Shown here: positions 12,767 through 26,835 of the stretch, piece after piece | Numbering within the stretch: position 1 is the stretch's first letter | Layout: each line of letters begins with the position of its first letter | The notes under the pieces: generated by a model | The model's input: the letters and a program-made list of their open reading frames with translations, nothing else | Told to the model about the DNA's origin: nothing | Databases searched by the model: none | Assembly (NCBI RefSeq): GCF_964355755.1 | Contig: NC_092671.1 | Coordinates: 24,378,070-24,442,069 of the forward strand | Length of the DNA stretch: 64,000 nucleotides | Source of the DNA: Antedon mediterranea | Lineage: Eukaryota > Animalia > Echinodermata | Reading direction: 5' to 3' | Made by a program: the position numbers and the translations under genes

Positions 12767-15699
12767 TATATGTAATTATGATAAAGTAAAAAATAATTTT
12801 TGTTGGCGTACTAATCTATAAGCTAGAATGGAATAAGACTAGGCCTAGTTTTAAAACATTCAATTCTCAGTTTTTGAATTGCGGGAACCAATGACAAAAC
12901 CGTCGACAATATTTTTTACAGCAAATTTCTCCTCAAATAATGGCAGAAATCATAAATTAGGACACAATATAAAGCGTTTGAAGCCCTGACGATATTAGAC
13001 ATTTAAGGGTAGTTTTGGTCGCCAATAAAAATGAAAGTTGATTGGACCTTCAGGTTTGTTTTATTTTATCTAGAAATATTTTTTCATATACTATTGATAA
13101 ATAATCCATCAGACAGGGCGATTATTAATATCATGCTGCGTCTGTCAGTACTATATGCAGATCTGTTACGTAATAACTAAGTAGAGAGATGGGCCATTAA
13201 AAGGTGATGATTTGTAATGGTACAATTACCATGCATATGAACATCTCACAATTTTGTGCAATACTGTACACGATCAAAATGTGATATATAGGTATGTTTA
13301 AGTTACTGTACGAGATTATTCAATTATTCAGAGTCGACACACATTTATGACAGTTTTTATGCTGCATGTCATTTTTATTGCAGTACGGTATCCATAATAG
13401 TAACTATCAAACTAATTATTTTTATTATTAGTTAAAGTTATATTTATAAATGCAACTTATATTGTGGTGAAAATAAACTCGATATATAACCATAATAAAC
13501 GTTTGATTAAAGTAAAGTAACAAAAGTAAAATGGTGCCTATTTTCTGAGCAACCAATTTAATTAAATACTACATACAATGTATACAACTTCCCTAAAATA
13601 ATGGTATTGAAACTTTGGGAAATAATGTATTAGAATGTTCAGATATTAATCACTATTAACAATTGTAAGTAACTGTTGCCAACACAAATTACACATGACA
13701 CATAACTACGTGGAAAAAAAACCCCAAGAGACTATTCATGTCAAAGTAAGCGCTAAATAAAGTTAATTTTAATAACAAGCCAATATATTTATAAATACAT
13801 AGCAGGCCACTCCATTCCCTCGTAATTAATCATTTAAGATGGCACAAGGCTACTTATGTTTATAATTATAATTATTAACAAAAATCAATGTAAATGGTCG
13901 ATAAATAGCCTACATTTATACTGAACTTTGTGAGTGAGTGCATTGGTTCAGCAATGCGGAAAACATCAGTCTGGATATTGTTTTTGTCTGATTCCATAGA
14001 ATGTATAGATAGAATAGATACTTATCCCAAAATCAAATCAAAAGGATGCTAAACCTGATTTAAACTACAATGACGCTCCCAATTAAAATTATTTCACGCT
14101 TATTATCTATTTGACGGAACAGAAGACGGTGTATGAGAAAATTAAACCCCGTCTTCCGTCTCCTGAAACCAAAGTTTAGCTTTATCCGGATAATCCATTA
14201 ATCTGAATAGAATAAAATACGCACTGTAGAATAAATATGTTAAATACGCTTTTTGGAATTTAATATGCATATGTATAGATGTTGTTATTATAATAATAAT
14301 GATGTTCAATCTAATATAGCGCAAAGGGGCTCCTGATAGCGCTTATCAATCAACAGAAAATGTTATAAAAGAATGTGGCGATTTAAACAATGACATTTGA
14401 TTCGTTTCTTTGAGTACACATTTTACTTTCCAATACAGGTTAATATTACGTAAACATATTGATTGACTGTTGCTAACAGAAAAAGCAACGGAAGTTATTT
14501 ATGTCACACTACTCAATACTCGACCCACGCCAAAATCTATTTGTTGTAAATAATAACGCTGGATTTAACATAACGTTAATTATTATATAACTACTTGAGA
14601 AAATTACAGCACCGATATCATAAAGTTGATCAAGAGATCTTAGACGCCGTCGGACCAAAAGAATGATGGAATTTTACACCCTAACTCTGTTTGCATAGCA
14701 GCATATAAAAGTTTCAATGAACGTGAGGAGTAGGCCTACCGAGAAGATTCCGATAGACCCAATAGTAACTCTCTCTCTATATTAGAAACCCGTCATTCAA
14801 TATATTCTATAACAATACCCACTACTCTGAATCATTATGATGACGTGAGTAATGATAACACGATCTAGTTTTATTGTCAAAATCTCAGTTTGTTTGTTCG
14901 TTTAATTTTGATATTATTTTACCGACTACTATCGTGTAAAACCTCGAACCTCTTTTTTAACACCCTTGTTTTGGCTTCTTTTAGCGATCGGCTTCTTTTC
15001 GAGGTGTTGACTATAAAAAATGAATCTAAAGAAATGATATTGAGTACATACTAAACAAGAAATATTTCTTACAAAAAACGCCGCTCGACATAAAATTAAT
15101 CATTGTTCTTTCTTCAGATATATTAATAATTTATATAATCATTGTTCTTTCTTCAGATTTTATTATAATTTATGAAAATACGTTTTTGTTACCATTAAAA
15201 CGTGCAAAATAAACTTTTGTTGGTTAATCGCAAAAATACAAAAAATCTAACATATTTATTTAATTATAAATCACATCATGCCCATTTTGGTGGGTGTTAG
15301 TAATCTAGTTGTATTTCATTGAATAATTGATATTTCTGCTAATTTTAAACAGAATTTGAAAGAAGACCCGTGTACCTTTCCAACAATGTATTATTTGCCA
15401 ACAAATATTAATCTACTAATTAAAAAATGGCATTTAAAAATGATCAATTTTGAACTTTAATGTGCTGTGTGTGTGACCTCAACCTGTAGGCATGCAACTG
15501 AATACCCTCTAGAGAAAACGTGACTTCACGGTGGTACAAGTGAGACAATTCTTCCGCAGACTGTTGATTCGCGTCAACCAATCAAAGGGCGAGAATCCAA
15601 AATCGTTCACTTGACTTCTGTAAAGTTAATGGTTATAATTATGATGAAATGGGATCTAAATTATAATTTAGTGGCAAAAGAAACATTTAGTATGAAATT

Positions 15700-15746
15700 A
15701 GGGTGTTGCCCGGTCAACTCGGGCAACACCCCTGCGTCCGCCCCTG
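15700..15746. mobile_element. Isolated hAT-like MITE end with a GC hairpin
   Basis: gggtgttgcccg...cgggcaacaccc followed by the terminus tgcgtccgcccctg. Confidence 0.4.
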
Positions 15747-17231
15747 TGTTCGATACACTACCGTACTAAGATAACACAAGTACAGAACAATTTTACATTT
15801 TTAAAATAGGCCTACAATACAATGAGATTTATCAGTGATTAAAATTGATTTTAAGATGTAAAAAGATGAGGCGATTTAGTTAATTAATTTATATTATAGT
15901 TTTATTACAATAAAACTTGATGTTTTTCTAGATCATGTTATTAACATTACATTTGGCACTCTTCGTCATGGGATACATTTTATGATGGGTTCTTAATAAG
16001 GAGAGAGTAAATATGTATACTATATCATGGTAATGAACATAATACGAAATCCCGTTCGGGTCACTAGTTTATTAGATTTTATAGAATTTGTTATTAGGAG
16101 ATTGAGTGTTATAGGCAATGATATGAGTTAGGTTACCGTACGTAGGCCTACCGAATTGATACGTTTGAAAATATGTGTTCTGTCAATGGTAGGCCTACAG
16201 TGTACGCTCCAAACCAATTGTTACCCTGTGTCAGCACTGCTGCACTGTGTAATGAGTAATAGTGTCCTTATTTTGATGACGTCACAAATATCACATTTTA
16301 AATTTTAAATTTAAAAAAACAGATAAAGAAACACAATGTCGGCTTAAATTTAACAACTGCAATTTGTTGAAAACGTCACCTGAAGTGGTAGAGTAATTGT
16401 TTAAACATTTGACATACACCCATCTTGTTTATTTTTGTAAATAAAACACATTAATAGGGTCTAATGTAATAATTGATTAGTACTAAGGCTTATATAGTTT
16501 CTTATGAATAATGCAATTTAACATTCCACTACAACATCTTTATTGGTGGGTGGTCTATGTTATGATGGATATTTACTTTAGGATATTTGTATTATTTAAT
16601 GTTAATATTTTGTTAACTTGATTATTATTAAAAAAAATTACCTTGAAATTAATAATGCCTCTGGTTCTACTAAGTTAGATAGGATATACTGCTGAACTTT
16701 AACTAAATCTATTAAGACACCTATTGCTGACAACATCACGTTCTTTTATGAATTTCCCGCAACTACTGGCCATTTCACTTAAAATGTAAGTCAATTGTTT
16801 AATTTGACAGCTTGACTATCTATCCCAAGAGAGACATTATTATGAAAATTCATTTAAAAAACGCATAAGTTTATTATTAATTTATTCATATATGAGGGTT
16901 TAAATGTTATTGTCAGTCCCAATTGTAACATTGAGGCTTGCCGATTTATTGAAATGACACTTTAATCCTAATCACGCGTTTACTCCGAGTAAACAATTTT
17001 TGTAATTCTGTACTCCTTCTGAATGATATCGTTCTAATGCGCAGACTATGTATATAAACATTATGTCTAGTGTTTAGTATTAATCAATTATATAACAAAT
17101 TCATAGTACGTGGTTCATGCCTAAAGAATGTTTACCTATTTCTGTTATTTTTATAAGTAAAGGCATGGTAGGCCTACAGTATACCAGTCAGAATTTAGTA
17201 ACTCTCAGAATATTGTATAAGTTGGATAAGT

Positions 17232-18382
17232 TTAACCCGTTGAAGACGTTGCCGTGGCCCCATATGAGTAATTTACTGTCCCATGACGAGAGGCCCGTAT
17301 ATGTAGCCTACGGGTTGATATTTTGGGGTCACTGAATTGCACTTTTTGAGCATTTGACCTTTGACCTAGGTCAAACAAAAAAATTAAGTTTTTCGGAAAG
17401 CCAATATTAAACTTAATATTATAATATGCGCTAGTCTTTTGATTATCAGTAATAGTGAAACAAATAATACATAAAATAATGGCATCAGAAGAAATGAGAA
17501 TCGGTATGTTTAATATTTTGGAACACATGAAAAACATGTTTTGGTTTTGTAGTAGGCTACTTTTTAATATCCATGCCATTAGTAGACTAGACTGTTATTA
17601 TTGTACTAATGTAAAATGTGTTATATAGTATTTTAGTGGTAAACAGATTGAGTGTTATGCGAAATGCAATAATATGAATTTGAATTTTAGATTTTTTTTT
17701 TTTCATTTTAGAATTTTATTAGGTTGTACAGGTAGTTGAAACAGTAATATTACGTACTGAATTAGAAACGTTTGAAAATTCGGCGGCATGTAAGTGAAAT
17801 CACACCCGAAATGGGGCAAAATAGATAAAGAAACATATTCTCGGCCTCAATTTAACATTGAATGATTAATGATAGGAAATCCTCCCTCGCTGCAATTTTT
17901 AGCTCCGGGTGAGTCGTCAAACAAAATTTACAGAGAATTTTTATAAATTATTCGATACTCTGTAGTTATTGTTTGATTGCTGTGCGTAGGTCTCTCCGAT
18001 ATCCGGGAAAATTGCGTCGTGTGAACAACAAACCTATGTTTGCGCCATTTTGTGAATTCACATCGGCATTCAATAAAAAATAATTTCATAACTGCTTGTC
18101 AGATATCAATTGAATTCACTGTATATAAACTTCAGCTCATTCAGGACATTATTTGCACATTAAATATAATAATAATATATAAAATAATGTTATCATCAAA
18201 CAAGCAATGACATTTTATAAGAACAAAAAACAACAAACATTTTTACTTGTTTTCTTCACATGTTGAAATTAAAAGTATACACTTTCACAATATGTTACTT
18301 TTTAAAATGTTTTGAAAAATTCACCATTGTAAACATTATGATTTAATACGGTTTGTAATAATCTCTCTATATCAAGGGGTTC
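17232..18382. mobile_element. Possible decayed piggyBac-like non-autonomous element
   Basis: TTAA|cccgttgaaga at the left and tcaagggg|ttca at the right (imperfect); internal similarity to 16095-16360. Confidence 0.3.
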
Positions 18383-18913
18383 AGGACATACCGAATGCAC
18401 GAGGAATCTTTCTTCGGATTTTGTTCGTGCAGCGCAACGTTAGTTCAACCGACTTTGCGCTGATTACTAGCTGCATTAAGGGAGTATGTTTCCATACGGG
18501 TTTGATCCAAAAAATTGTTTAACAGCATAAGGCGCTATATAGTCCAGGATATTATCTACCGTATCAATTATTATGCTACTAATTTTTTTCGTGTATTTCT
18601 CCTCCAAAACCACTGAACTGTACGTGCCCACATTTGGCACACTGATGTTTATTGATGTACCGCACACGATAGACTATGTCACTTTCCTGAATTTTAAGGA
18701 TAGACACAAAAAAAAGGCAAAAAATAGCAGTAATTTGACGTCTCAGCGACAATATTATGTCACTGTATAAACTACGCAACCTCCTCTATTGTGTACCGCC
18801 ATGGCTGGATCTACAAATACCATGCCGGGCCACCAAAAAACAATCTTTAGTCAACCGTATCGAATGATCGGTTTTTTTTTTAATTACACCTATTCTTTGA
18901 ACAGAATGATTTT

Positions 18914-18990
18914 CGGTTTGGTTCAGTGAGTAAAACGCCATGGCCATTGATATCAATGATTAGTACGTTCGAGTTCGAATCCGTGACACG
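18914..18990 (+). mobile_element. Decayed tRNA-derived SINE head
   Basis: A-box-like tggttcagtgag and B-box gagttcgaatcc, but no cloverleaf. Confidence 0.4.
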
Positions 18991-19281
18991 TGCAATAATT
19001 GAGTATCACCGCTTAAAGCTAAAAATCAAAACCAGACCAAAGTGTAATGACAAAACTAGCAAAAAAATATACGAAACCTCTTACAAAAACACATTTTAAT
19101 GAACAATAAAAAACCATGAAAAAAATTTTTTAAATGAACAATAAAAAAAAACCACACACAAATAAAACGAATCCAAATGGGTGTCGTGTTTCCGCTAAAT
19201 ATCAAATCAACGAAAAATACACTAAAATGTAAAAGTTTGTGTGCGAGCACATCATATCATTTCGACTACTTTTTGTGTTGA

Positions 19282-19836
19282 TTACACTGGTTAAACTTTA
19301 CACTGGTTACACTTTACACTGGTTACACTTTACACTGGTTACACTTTACACTGGTTACACTTTACACTGGTTACACTTTATACTGGTTACACTTTATATT
19401 GGTTACACTTTATACTGGTTACACTTTATACTGGTTACACTTTATACTGGTTACACTTTATACTGGTTACACTTTATACTGGTTACACTTTATACTGGTT
19501 ACACTTTATACTGGTTACACTTTATACTGGTTACACTTTATACTGGTTATACTTTATACTGGTTACACTTTATACTGGTTACACTTTATACTGGTTACAC
19601 TTTATACTGGTTACACTTTATACTGGTTACACTTTATACTGGTTACACTTTACACTTTGTACTGGTTACACTTTATACTGGTTACACTTTATACTGGTTA
19701 CACTTTATACTGGTTACACTTTATACTGGTTACACTTTATACTGGTTACACTTTATACTGGTTACACTTTATACTGGTTACACTTTATACTGGTTACACT
19801 TTATACTGGTTACACTTTATACTGGTTACACTTTAT
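19282..19836. repeat. 16-bp minisatellite (ctggttacactttata)n, ~35 copies
   Basis: Direct tandem repeat; it produces the spurious LVTLYTGYTLYWLHFI ORFs. Confidence 0.97.
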
Positions 19837-21694
19837 TTTCAAAAGTAGCAAGTAGGTAACAAATCAGTGAAACAAAAATTAGATGTAAATAAAAAAACTT
19901 AACAATTCGTGTTTCCGCAGCAATGTGTTTTTGATTCGATTTTTGTCCACTTTTTTATTTTATCTGTAATGTATCAACTAATTAAATACACCACGAAAAA
20001 CACCCAAAATAATATAGTTTGACATTTTATACTTTCGTTCTTATTATTATAATTTCGTAAAGTCTGAACAGTAAAAAGTAAAGTCTAAAGTTCCATATCC
20101 ACTATTGCATTAATTTGTTTATATTTTAAAGTAAAGTAATAGTGTATAAAAAATCAATGGCCGTAAATACAGTAGGCCTAGTTTATTTAATTCGTGATAC
20201 AATTTGTTTTTATTTTAATAATTTGTCAAAGTACTTTTATCAGATTGCGCTTTTATTATACTTGCCCTGCAAAGTATATAACCACATTATTAAGGCAGAA
20301 AAAGACTGTGCGGAGCACGGATTACTGCTATTGTTATTATCACAGGTACTGTGATCGAATATCCCATCATATCAAACAAAATTAATCAAAAGGATTTATT
20401 AATTTATTTAGTACACTGGATTAATAGTATATTTTTTAATGAGCATGGAAAAGCAAAAATGAAAGTGCATTACGTTGCGGGCGGATAACCAAACTCGTCC
20501 TAGTGAAAGCGCTTAAAAATTGCCATGAGTGCACAGCATTTTTCAAGCGCAATGCGCACTATTTTTTATATCCGTATTATTTGTTCAATTTTATTTCTTA
20601 GTGTAGGCCTATAGAATATACGCATGATTTATAAAGAAATATAGAGAAAAAAACTTATGTTTATGATATTATACGCAGATGGATCTTTGATCGGATTGTG
20701 ATACCGGCTATTGTATTTACGTTAGCAAGATCCTAGACTTGCCCCAAGTCTGTATTATCTTTTTTTTAAATTTATTTGTTTTTATTTCGACCGCGATTTT
20801 TGTATGTAAATAATCAAGTAGTATACGTATGAAACGCCATATGTGCCAAAATATTTATCTTTTTACTAATATTAAGACAAAACTCCGTCTGGAACCCAGA
20901 CTAGCAAGATCCTATCTTTCATATATTATAAATAATTAAATATTCTGACAAAATCAATCAATCAATAGATCAATTATCTTTATCTAAATCAATGCATATA
21001 ACCTATAATTCGTCATAGTAACGAATTAAATCTAGTTCAAATTTGATTGCTTGTTTTCCTTTATGCAAGAAATGGAAGTACAATATTATACAACAATTTA
21101 TTGAACTAAAATACATGCCACCATTCCACTCCACTTTGTTTACCATACTAATAATAAATTAACAAGACATATTTAATTAACCAGTGCCATTAAATAATTT
21201 TATTCACAAAAAAAGTATTTTACATAAAGTATAACATGTAATATCTTATATTGTTTGAAGGTTTGCATAGGGAAATCAAATGTTGGTATAAAGTGTGAGG
21301 TACACCACGTATGTTAGATCTGAAAAGAACTGTTGAGTTTCTCGACGTATCGATCAATAAGCGTTGATCGTCCTCAGGAGTGAGAATGACCTCGTTCTTT
21401 TCAGAACTAATATACGTGGTGTACCGCAAACTTTATATCAACATTTGTAATATCTTGTTTTATATATCAATATTTGAGTTTAAATTATCGCGATAATAAA
21501 AACGGTTTTGATGTTTTTAACTTTTAAAGACATCTGCTACAAACATCAATTTACAAGTATCATAGTAGGGATGTTTTGCTGCACAAGATGAATCGTCAGT
21601 TTTGTTGCCATCAATACTGTATATTACATTAGAAATCATAATATCTTACTACGACCATCCAAATTACCTCCTCCTACCTACATTATTATTCCAT

Positions 21695-21956
21695 AGTCCT
21701 TTCTTTGATATACATTGAGGGAAACCCAGTATTTTAGCTGAAACGTTAAGAGTCCTCTATTTGTTTTGGCCACACGGTCGATCGAAAAGTGGGTGAATTA
21801 CAAAAGAAAACAAAAATATCAATCCGGGTGCAATGCACACATTTTTAATCATTTAAAGACGAAAAAAGTTACCTAAATAGAACCATAACAATTTTTTTTT
21901 CATTAAATGTAGTTTGTGACCTTAAATTAGATCTACTAAACGTAGGGAATATGACT
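21695..21956. mobile_element. Partial inverted copy of the 7711-8336 Kolobok-like MITE
   Basis: Reverse-complement similarity to ~7711-8030; ends cgtagggaatatgact|TTAA. Confidence 0.75.
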
Positions 21957-22905
21957 TTAAACTTTCAGAAAAGATAGATTAATATAACCTATACCCAACC
22001 CCTAAGTTTTCGTGCTGATGAGAAAATTTCCGGATTTCCTTACGAAACCATTTCATGTTTATTTTATGCCTAATAAAATAATAAAAAGAACACCATGTTT
22101 CTCGTTTGTTTTTATCGTTTATACTGCATACCATAATATTATACAAAAAACTTTCATGCGCGAGAAAAAAGTTCCCGATATTACACTCCACTCAGAGGTG
22201 TAAATATACCACGCTAACGCTTGCACACACGGACCAGGGCGGCGGAAATTAACTTCAATGGAAAATGGTGTATTTTGGAGAGTGATGACGTCAGCATTCA
22301 CACGAGTAGCGAGCTTGACAACGTGACTCTGGTAGTTTTAGGAGTGCGTGTGTTTTGAAAATGGGTATTTTCCGAAGATTGTAAAACTCTTGAATTCATA
22401 ATAGTAATTGAGCTCTTTCACTGTGTAGGCCTATTTACACACAACTATTAATGCTAACCCTAACCCTAGCTCTAGTAGGGCCTAGCTAGGCCTACTCTTC
22501 TTAATTAAAAGATTAATCCACGTCTAGCGACGGTCAATCGCGATTAGGTTGCATCTTTTTTTCTTTTTTTTTGAGAAATAAGCGGGGTGGCTAGCCACCC
22601 TATTCACCCCCACCTAGATTCGCCACTGCGTGGTCTAATCTGCAAGCGGTCTTTAAATTATTTAAAGCCTACTCGAGTCTTAAAACAGTCTCAAACATCT
22701 ATCTTTTTGTTTCTTATACGTATTCGTGAAAGAAAACCAGTTTTAAGTGTTAAATCAAATAATAACGGTGATTTAATTCTTACATTATAGGCATAGAATA
22801 GATTTTCTCGCGTATAATTGTACATATTGTTATGATTGTGAATAATTGAGCAAGCGTGGCCAACATTACCTTATTTGGTATTCTACGCGTAAAGTACACC
22901 TTCAA

Positions 22906-23385
22906 CACTGTAAAAATACTGTTTAGATCTTATCTATATCTTGTACCCACTTTTCCTACACATTTAGCTTTTAAACACGCAGTTACATGCATATAGCGTG
23001 TTTAAAACATAAACGTGTTTATAGCTATGTTGTTTTCCTCCACTCGTTTAGCAGTCAACATGTCACTATTATATTCAGTCAACATGTTAAGGTACGTGTT
23101 TAGCGTTGTGTGCATATGATTTTACTGTGGCGGAAAAGAGCTCCACACATGAGCTCCACAAATGGCAAATTAATCACGTTTAAAACCTAAACGTGTCTTT
23201 ATATTGTTTCAAATGTTTATCAATCAAAACGTCAGTGATTTGTTGTGTTAAGTTGGATACAGACTACATGTTTAGAATGTATTTAGAACCTGAACATGTT
23301 TATATCTAAACATGTTAAAGGTTAAATATGTGGAAAAAATGGGTACAAATTAGATGTTTAAGATCTAAACACTATTTTTACAGTG
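22906..23385. mobile_element. Palindromic MITE, EnSpm/CMC-like
   Basis: cactgtaaaaata...tatttttacagtg with long imperfect TIRs and a 2-bp AA duplication. Confidence 0.75.
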
Positions 23386-24370
23386 AAGTTGTTACTGTAC
23401 GCGGTCTTAGCTAAGACTGTTGCATTGCAATTGGTCTATATGGCTTTAATCAGTTACGACTGTTTTATAGCAACATAAGACAGGTTTAGGCAAATAAGAA
23501 AAGAAACATAAATTCCTAACGAAAGATATTTATAAAGATAAAATAATAACGCAGAATATTAAATATATTTTGAATAAAAATTGTAAAGATGAGTGAATCT
23601 AGTCACTGAATTTAAAAATGAATGTTTTGGCCTACGGGACGGTAGTGATCCCAATAATATCATGCTCGTTCTTATCCAATTTTCACTCTTGTGTAAGGTA
23701 CTCTGATCTTAAATCAATAGCCTCGACGTTTATCACCACTTTATATTCATTTTTTTTTAAATCAAAGAAAACATAGAAGTTTTATAGTACCGGTATATTC
23801 AATTATTAGATTTTTTTCTCAAAATGTTAAGGATTTATAATCTTAATTATTAGAATTATGGCCTTTGATGCAAATTGAATTTCTTAACAAATGGACCGAA
23901 TATTAAAAGCAACATCGATGAATAATCTAATAATAGAATGCTTTATGATTTTATATTTTCAGGTACACGTGTGGTGATAGTCGGAGCCTTTTAATATGAT
24001 ATTTCATACAATGGAATTAATAGAATTGAGCTGTTGTTACACCAGTCGGCGCTTTGACATTTATAATAACTTTAATGATATTGAGTAGGCCTAGTTTTAC
24101 AATTGACATTTCAATAATATTTTGTGATTTATCTTCGCTATAATAGCAATTATATCATGGTATGCTACATCCATTTTATTCCTTTTCATTTTATATTACT
24201 TGTGTTCAATGTTCAATTATTTGGCTTGATGAGCAAAGAGCTGTATATAGTATATACATACAAATACAACACGATTGTACAACTTAAAATGCCACCCCCC
24301 CCCACTCCTCAAAAAAAAAAAACACAAATAAAAACAAACAAATACAATTAATATTAAGACATTACCGTAC

Positions 24371-24485
24371 CTGTTCGCCTTGATGTTGCTGTTAATTCAC
24401 GTTGAACGTAACCTCTTTGTTCATTTATCAAATACTGTTCTTCTCTATTGTTTTGGTCTGGCCGACTTCTTAGAAAATCTAAAAC
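24371..24485 (-). CDS. SS1: SS1 precursor, middle coding exon (propeptide)
   Basis: T-tract then aag|GTT...ACAG|gtacgg; 115 nt, phase 0 in and phase 1 out, fitting both neighbours; VLDFLRSRPDQNNREEQYLINEQRGYVQRELTATSRRT. Confidence 0.8.
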
Positions 24486-24952
24486 CTTTTTTGGAATAAA
24501 AAAAAGTTGTTAATAGATATATCTGTGTTATTATTTGGACACAATTAAAAAATAGCACAATATAGGCCTACTCGTTTTCTTTTTACAGCAGACTGATAAT
24601 CAAAAGTGTCATTATCTATAGTTTACCATTTTCATGGACAAATTTTCTAAATCTATATATGCCATTAAAATGAAAAAGACGAGTATTTAAAATGCATAAT
24701 GTATACGTACACATATTAATTACTATTACTGTTTTAAACTCAAATCACCTTTACCCAATTAATAGTCATTATGTAGGTCTAACATAGATACGGTAAATCG
24801 AGATCCATAATAATATCTAATAATCCAACATTGGAATAGCATATTATATTCCAATTAAGCTTTTCATATTAAATTACGAAGAAAATCTAGATACCTCCTC
24901 TATCTTATTTTATAAAATAACCAAAAAGATATGATAAAGTAAAACAGCCTGA

Positions 24953-25697
24953 AACAAGGCCATAGAGATGGCTGCAGTCGCGTGCTTAGTGTTTACCGAC
25001 CGACCGACCAACCTACCAACTGACCGAAATTACTGAACATGTTTAAAAATGTTGAAATGTTTAAAAACAGTTATATTTTTTAAATTTACACGTGCGTAGC
25101 CTGTCACTTTTGACGTGCTCGTATATAACGTAATTTCGAGTTGAAAAGTAAGTCAAGAAAACAGAAATCGGGCAAAAACAGTGCGCAATAACATTTAACG
25201 TGCAGTGCGCGCGCAAAAATCTGCGCACTCATGGCAATTTTGTAAATGCTTAAAATTGCCTGAAACGTACTCTTATTTCATCAAAAATAAATTGTGAAAA
25301 TTTTAAGCGCGCGTACGCATGCGTTACATGCGCTAAGCACGTAATTGTATTGCCATATGATGATTTATGCCCTGAAATTTATGAGTACCAAATTTTATTT
25401 AATTGTGATTCATGGTTGTGAAGATATGATTACAAACGTGATTTCGTTAAATCGTGCGTAGACCGCGTAATTTTTTATTGCGCACCGTGAAAACATAACC
25501 ACATCGATTCCTGGCCATAAGGAATATACTGTGAAAAATTGACTTAGCTAGATTAAACTGATATCAAGATAAGGTCAGAAAGCGGTAAAACGCATAGTGA
25601 TACCGGACCGACAGACAGACCGACAGACCGACAGACCGACAGACCAACCGACCGACATAGTGAACTATAGAGTCGCTGCCGGCCACGCGACTAAAAA
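24953..25697. mobile_element. DINE-1/Helentron-like non-autonomous element
   Basis: acaaggcc..gtcgcgtg start, (GACC/GACA)n microsatellites, terminal hairpin agtcgc..gcgact then an A-run; shorter copies at 33305-33402 (+) and 41935-42023 (-). Confidence 0.65.
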
Positions 25698-26124
25698 AGT
25701 AGCAGAGCTTTCGGGCAACACTAGCACTTTATCAGTGTATATATTTTATATTATTTTTCGCAGGAGGCGTTATTATTTATAAGGTGCATTTGCTGCTTCA
25801 AAATAAAATGAAATACGTCATAATTAGCCACAACGCGATTTGAAAATGTAAAAGTAGAATTGATATTGAGACATTGAAAACCGCTGTTTATGTTGCAGCT
25901 AAAACCGGCACCATTGTAATAGGCTAAACGGCCTCGCTGCTAATTACGTTCATTTTCAGCGGAATTTAAGTAATTATTTGACATTGATTCAGTTTCTAGC
26001 AACGCGTTATTCTCCTCTTAGATAAACAGGTCCATACTGTTGAACTTATCTGTAATAAAGACTAACTTTCAAAATAACACTGTACCATTGAGTGATACAA
26101 ATAATCAATATATACATTTAGGGC

Positions 26125-26835
26125 GAAATTCAGTAAATCGCGCGTTACATCTATAATTTTCACTTGATGGTATAATTATAAAGTTGGTTCATATACTTTC
26201 GGTACTGATTTTAACCACTTGATGTAAACCTGTTTACTAATCAAATTGACATAGAATTTAGGTTCAACGATTTTCCCCGCCCGCACACAATACTACGAGG
26301 ATGCTTCTACAATACAGTAATTGTTTTATTGGGTGAAAACCGGTCAAACAGCTTGTGTACAGCATCATAATGTTGAAGACAGACCGAATTTCTTAATACA
26401 TTCGGTAAATCGCGCGTTACTTCTAGAATTTTTACTCGATGGTATATAAAGTTGGTTTAGGCATTCGGTACTGATTTTAACCACCTAACGTAACCATCTT
26501 TACTAATTAAGTTGAATTGATAATTGTTATTGACGATTAAAACGAATTTAGGTTCAACGATTTGCTCTAAATAGGGATGTTTTCCAATCGTGGTATACAC
26601 TCTCTAATGGAAGTCAATGCTGAAAAATACCCGCACACAATAATACGCGTTTACCTATCTTCTTCTACAATACAGTAATTGTTTTTATTGGCTGAAAACC
26701 GGTCAAACAGCTTGAGTACAGCATCATAATGTTGAAGACAGACCGAATTTCTTAATATATACATTCGGTAAATCGCGCGTTACCTATCTCCTTCTACGAT
26801 AACTGTTTTTGATAACTGAAAACCGGTTAAACCAA
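26125..26835. repeat. Degenerate long-period tandem repeat (2-3 units of ~270-360 bp)
   Basis: gtaaatcgcgcgttac at ~26133, 26405, 26768; gaaaaccggt at ~26335, 26694, 26818. Confidence 0.8.

Noticed and set aside
19239-19859. 206-aa and 149-aa repetitive ORFs, or a CRISPR-like array
   Set aside because: Translation of a 16-bp minisatellite; no unique spacers, no cas genes, eukaryotic context.
16277-22292. Full CRE palindromes TGACGTCA in intron 2 (~16277, ~22285)
   Set aside because: They lie in repeat-like sequence and there is no evidence of function.
22453-22468. Interstitial telomere
   Set aside because: Only about two TAACCC units, common within MITE remnants.
24479-24480. Alternative acceptor ttttAG for the middle exon
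   Set aside because: Gives ATT TTC TAA (stop) in phase 0; the upstream aAG keeps the frame.
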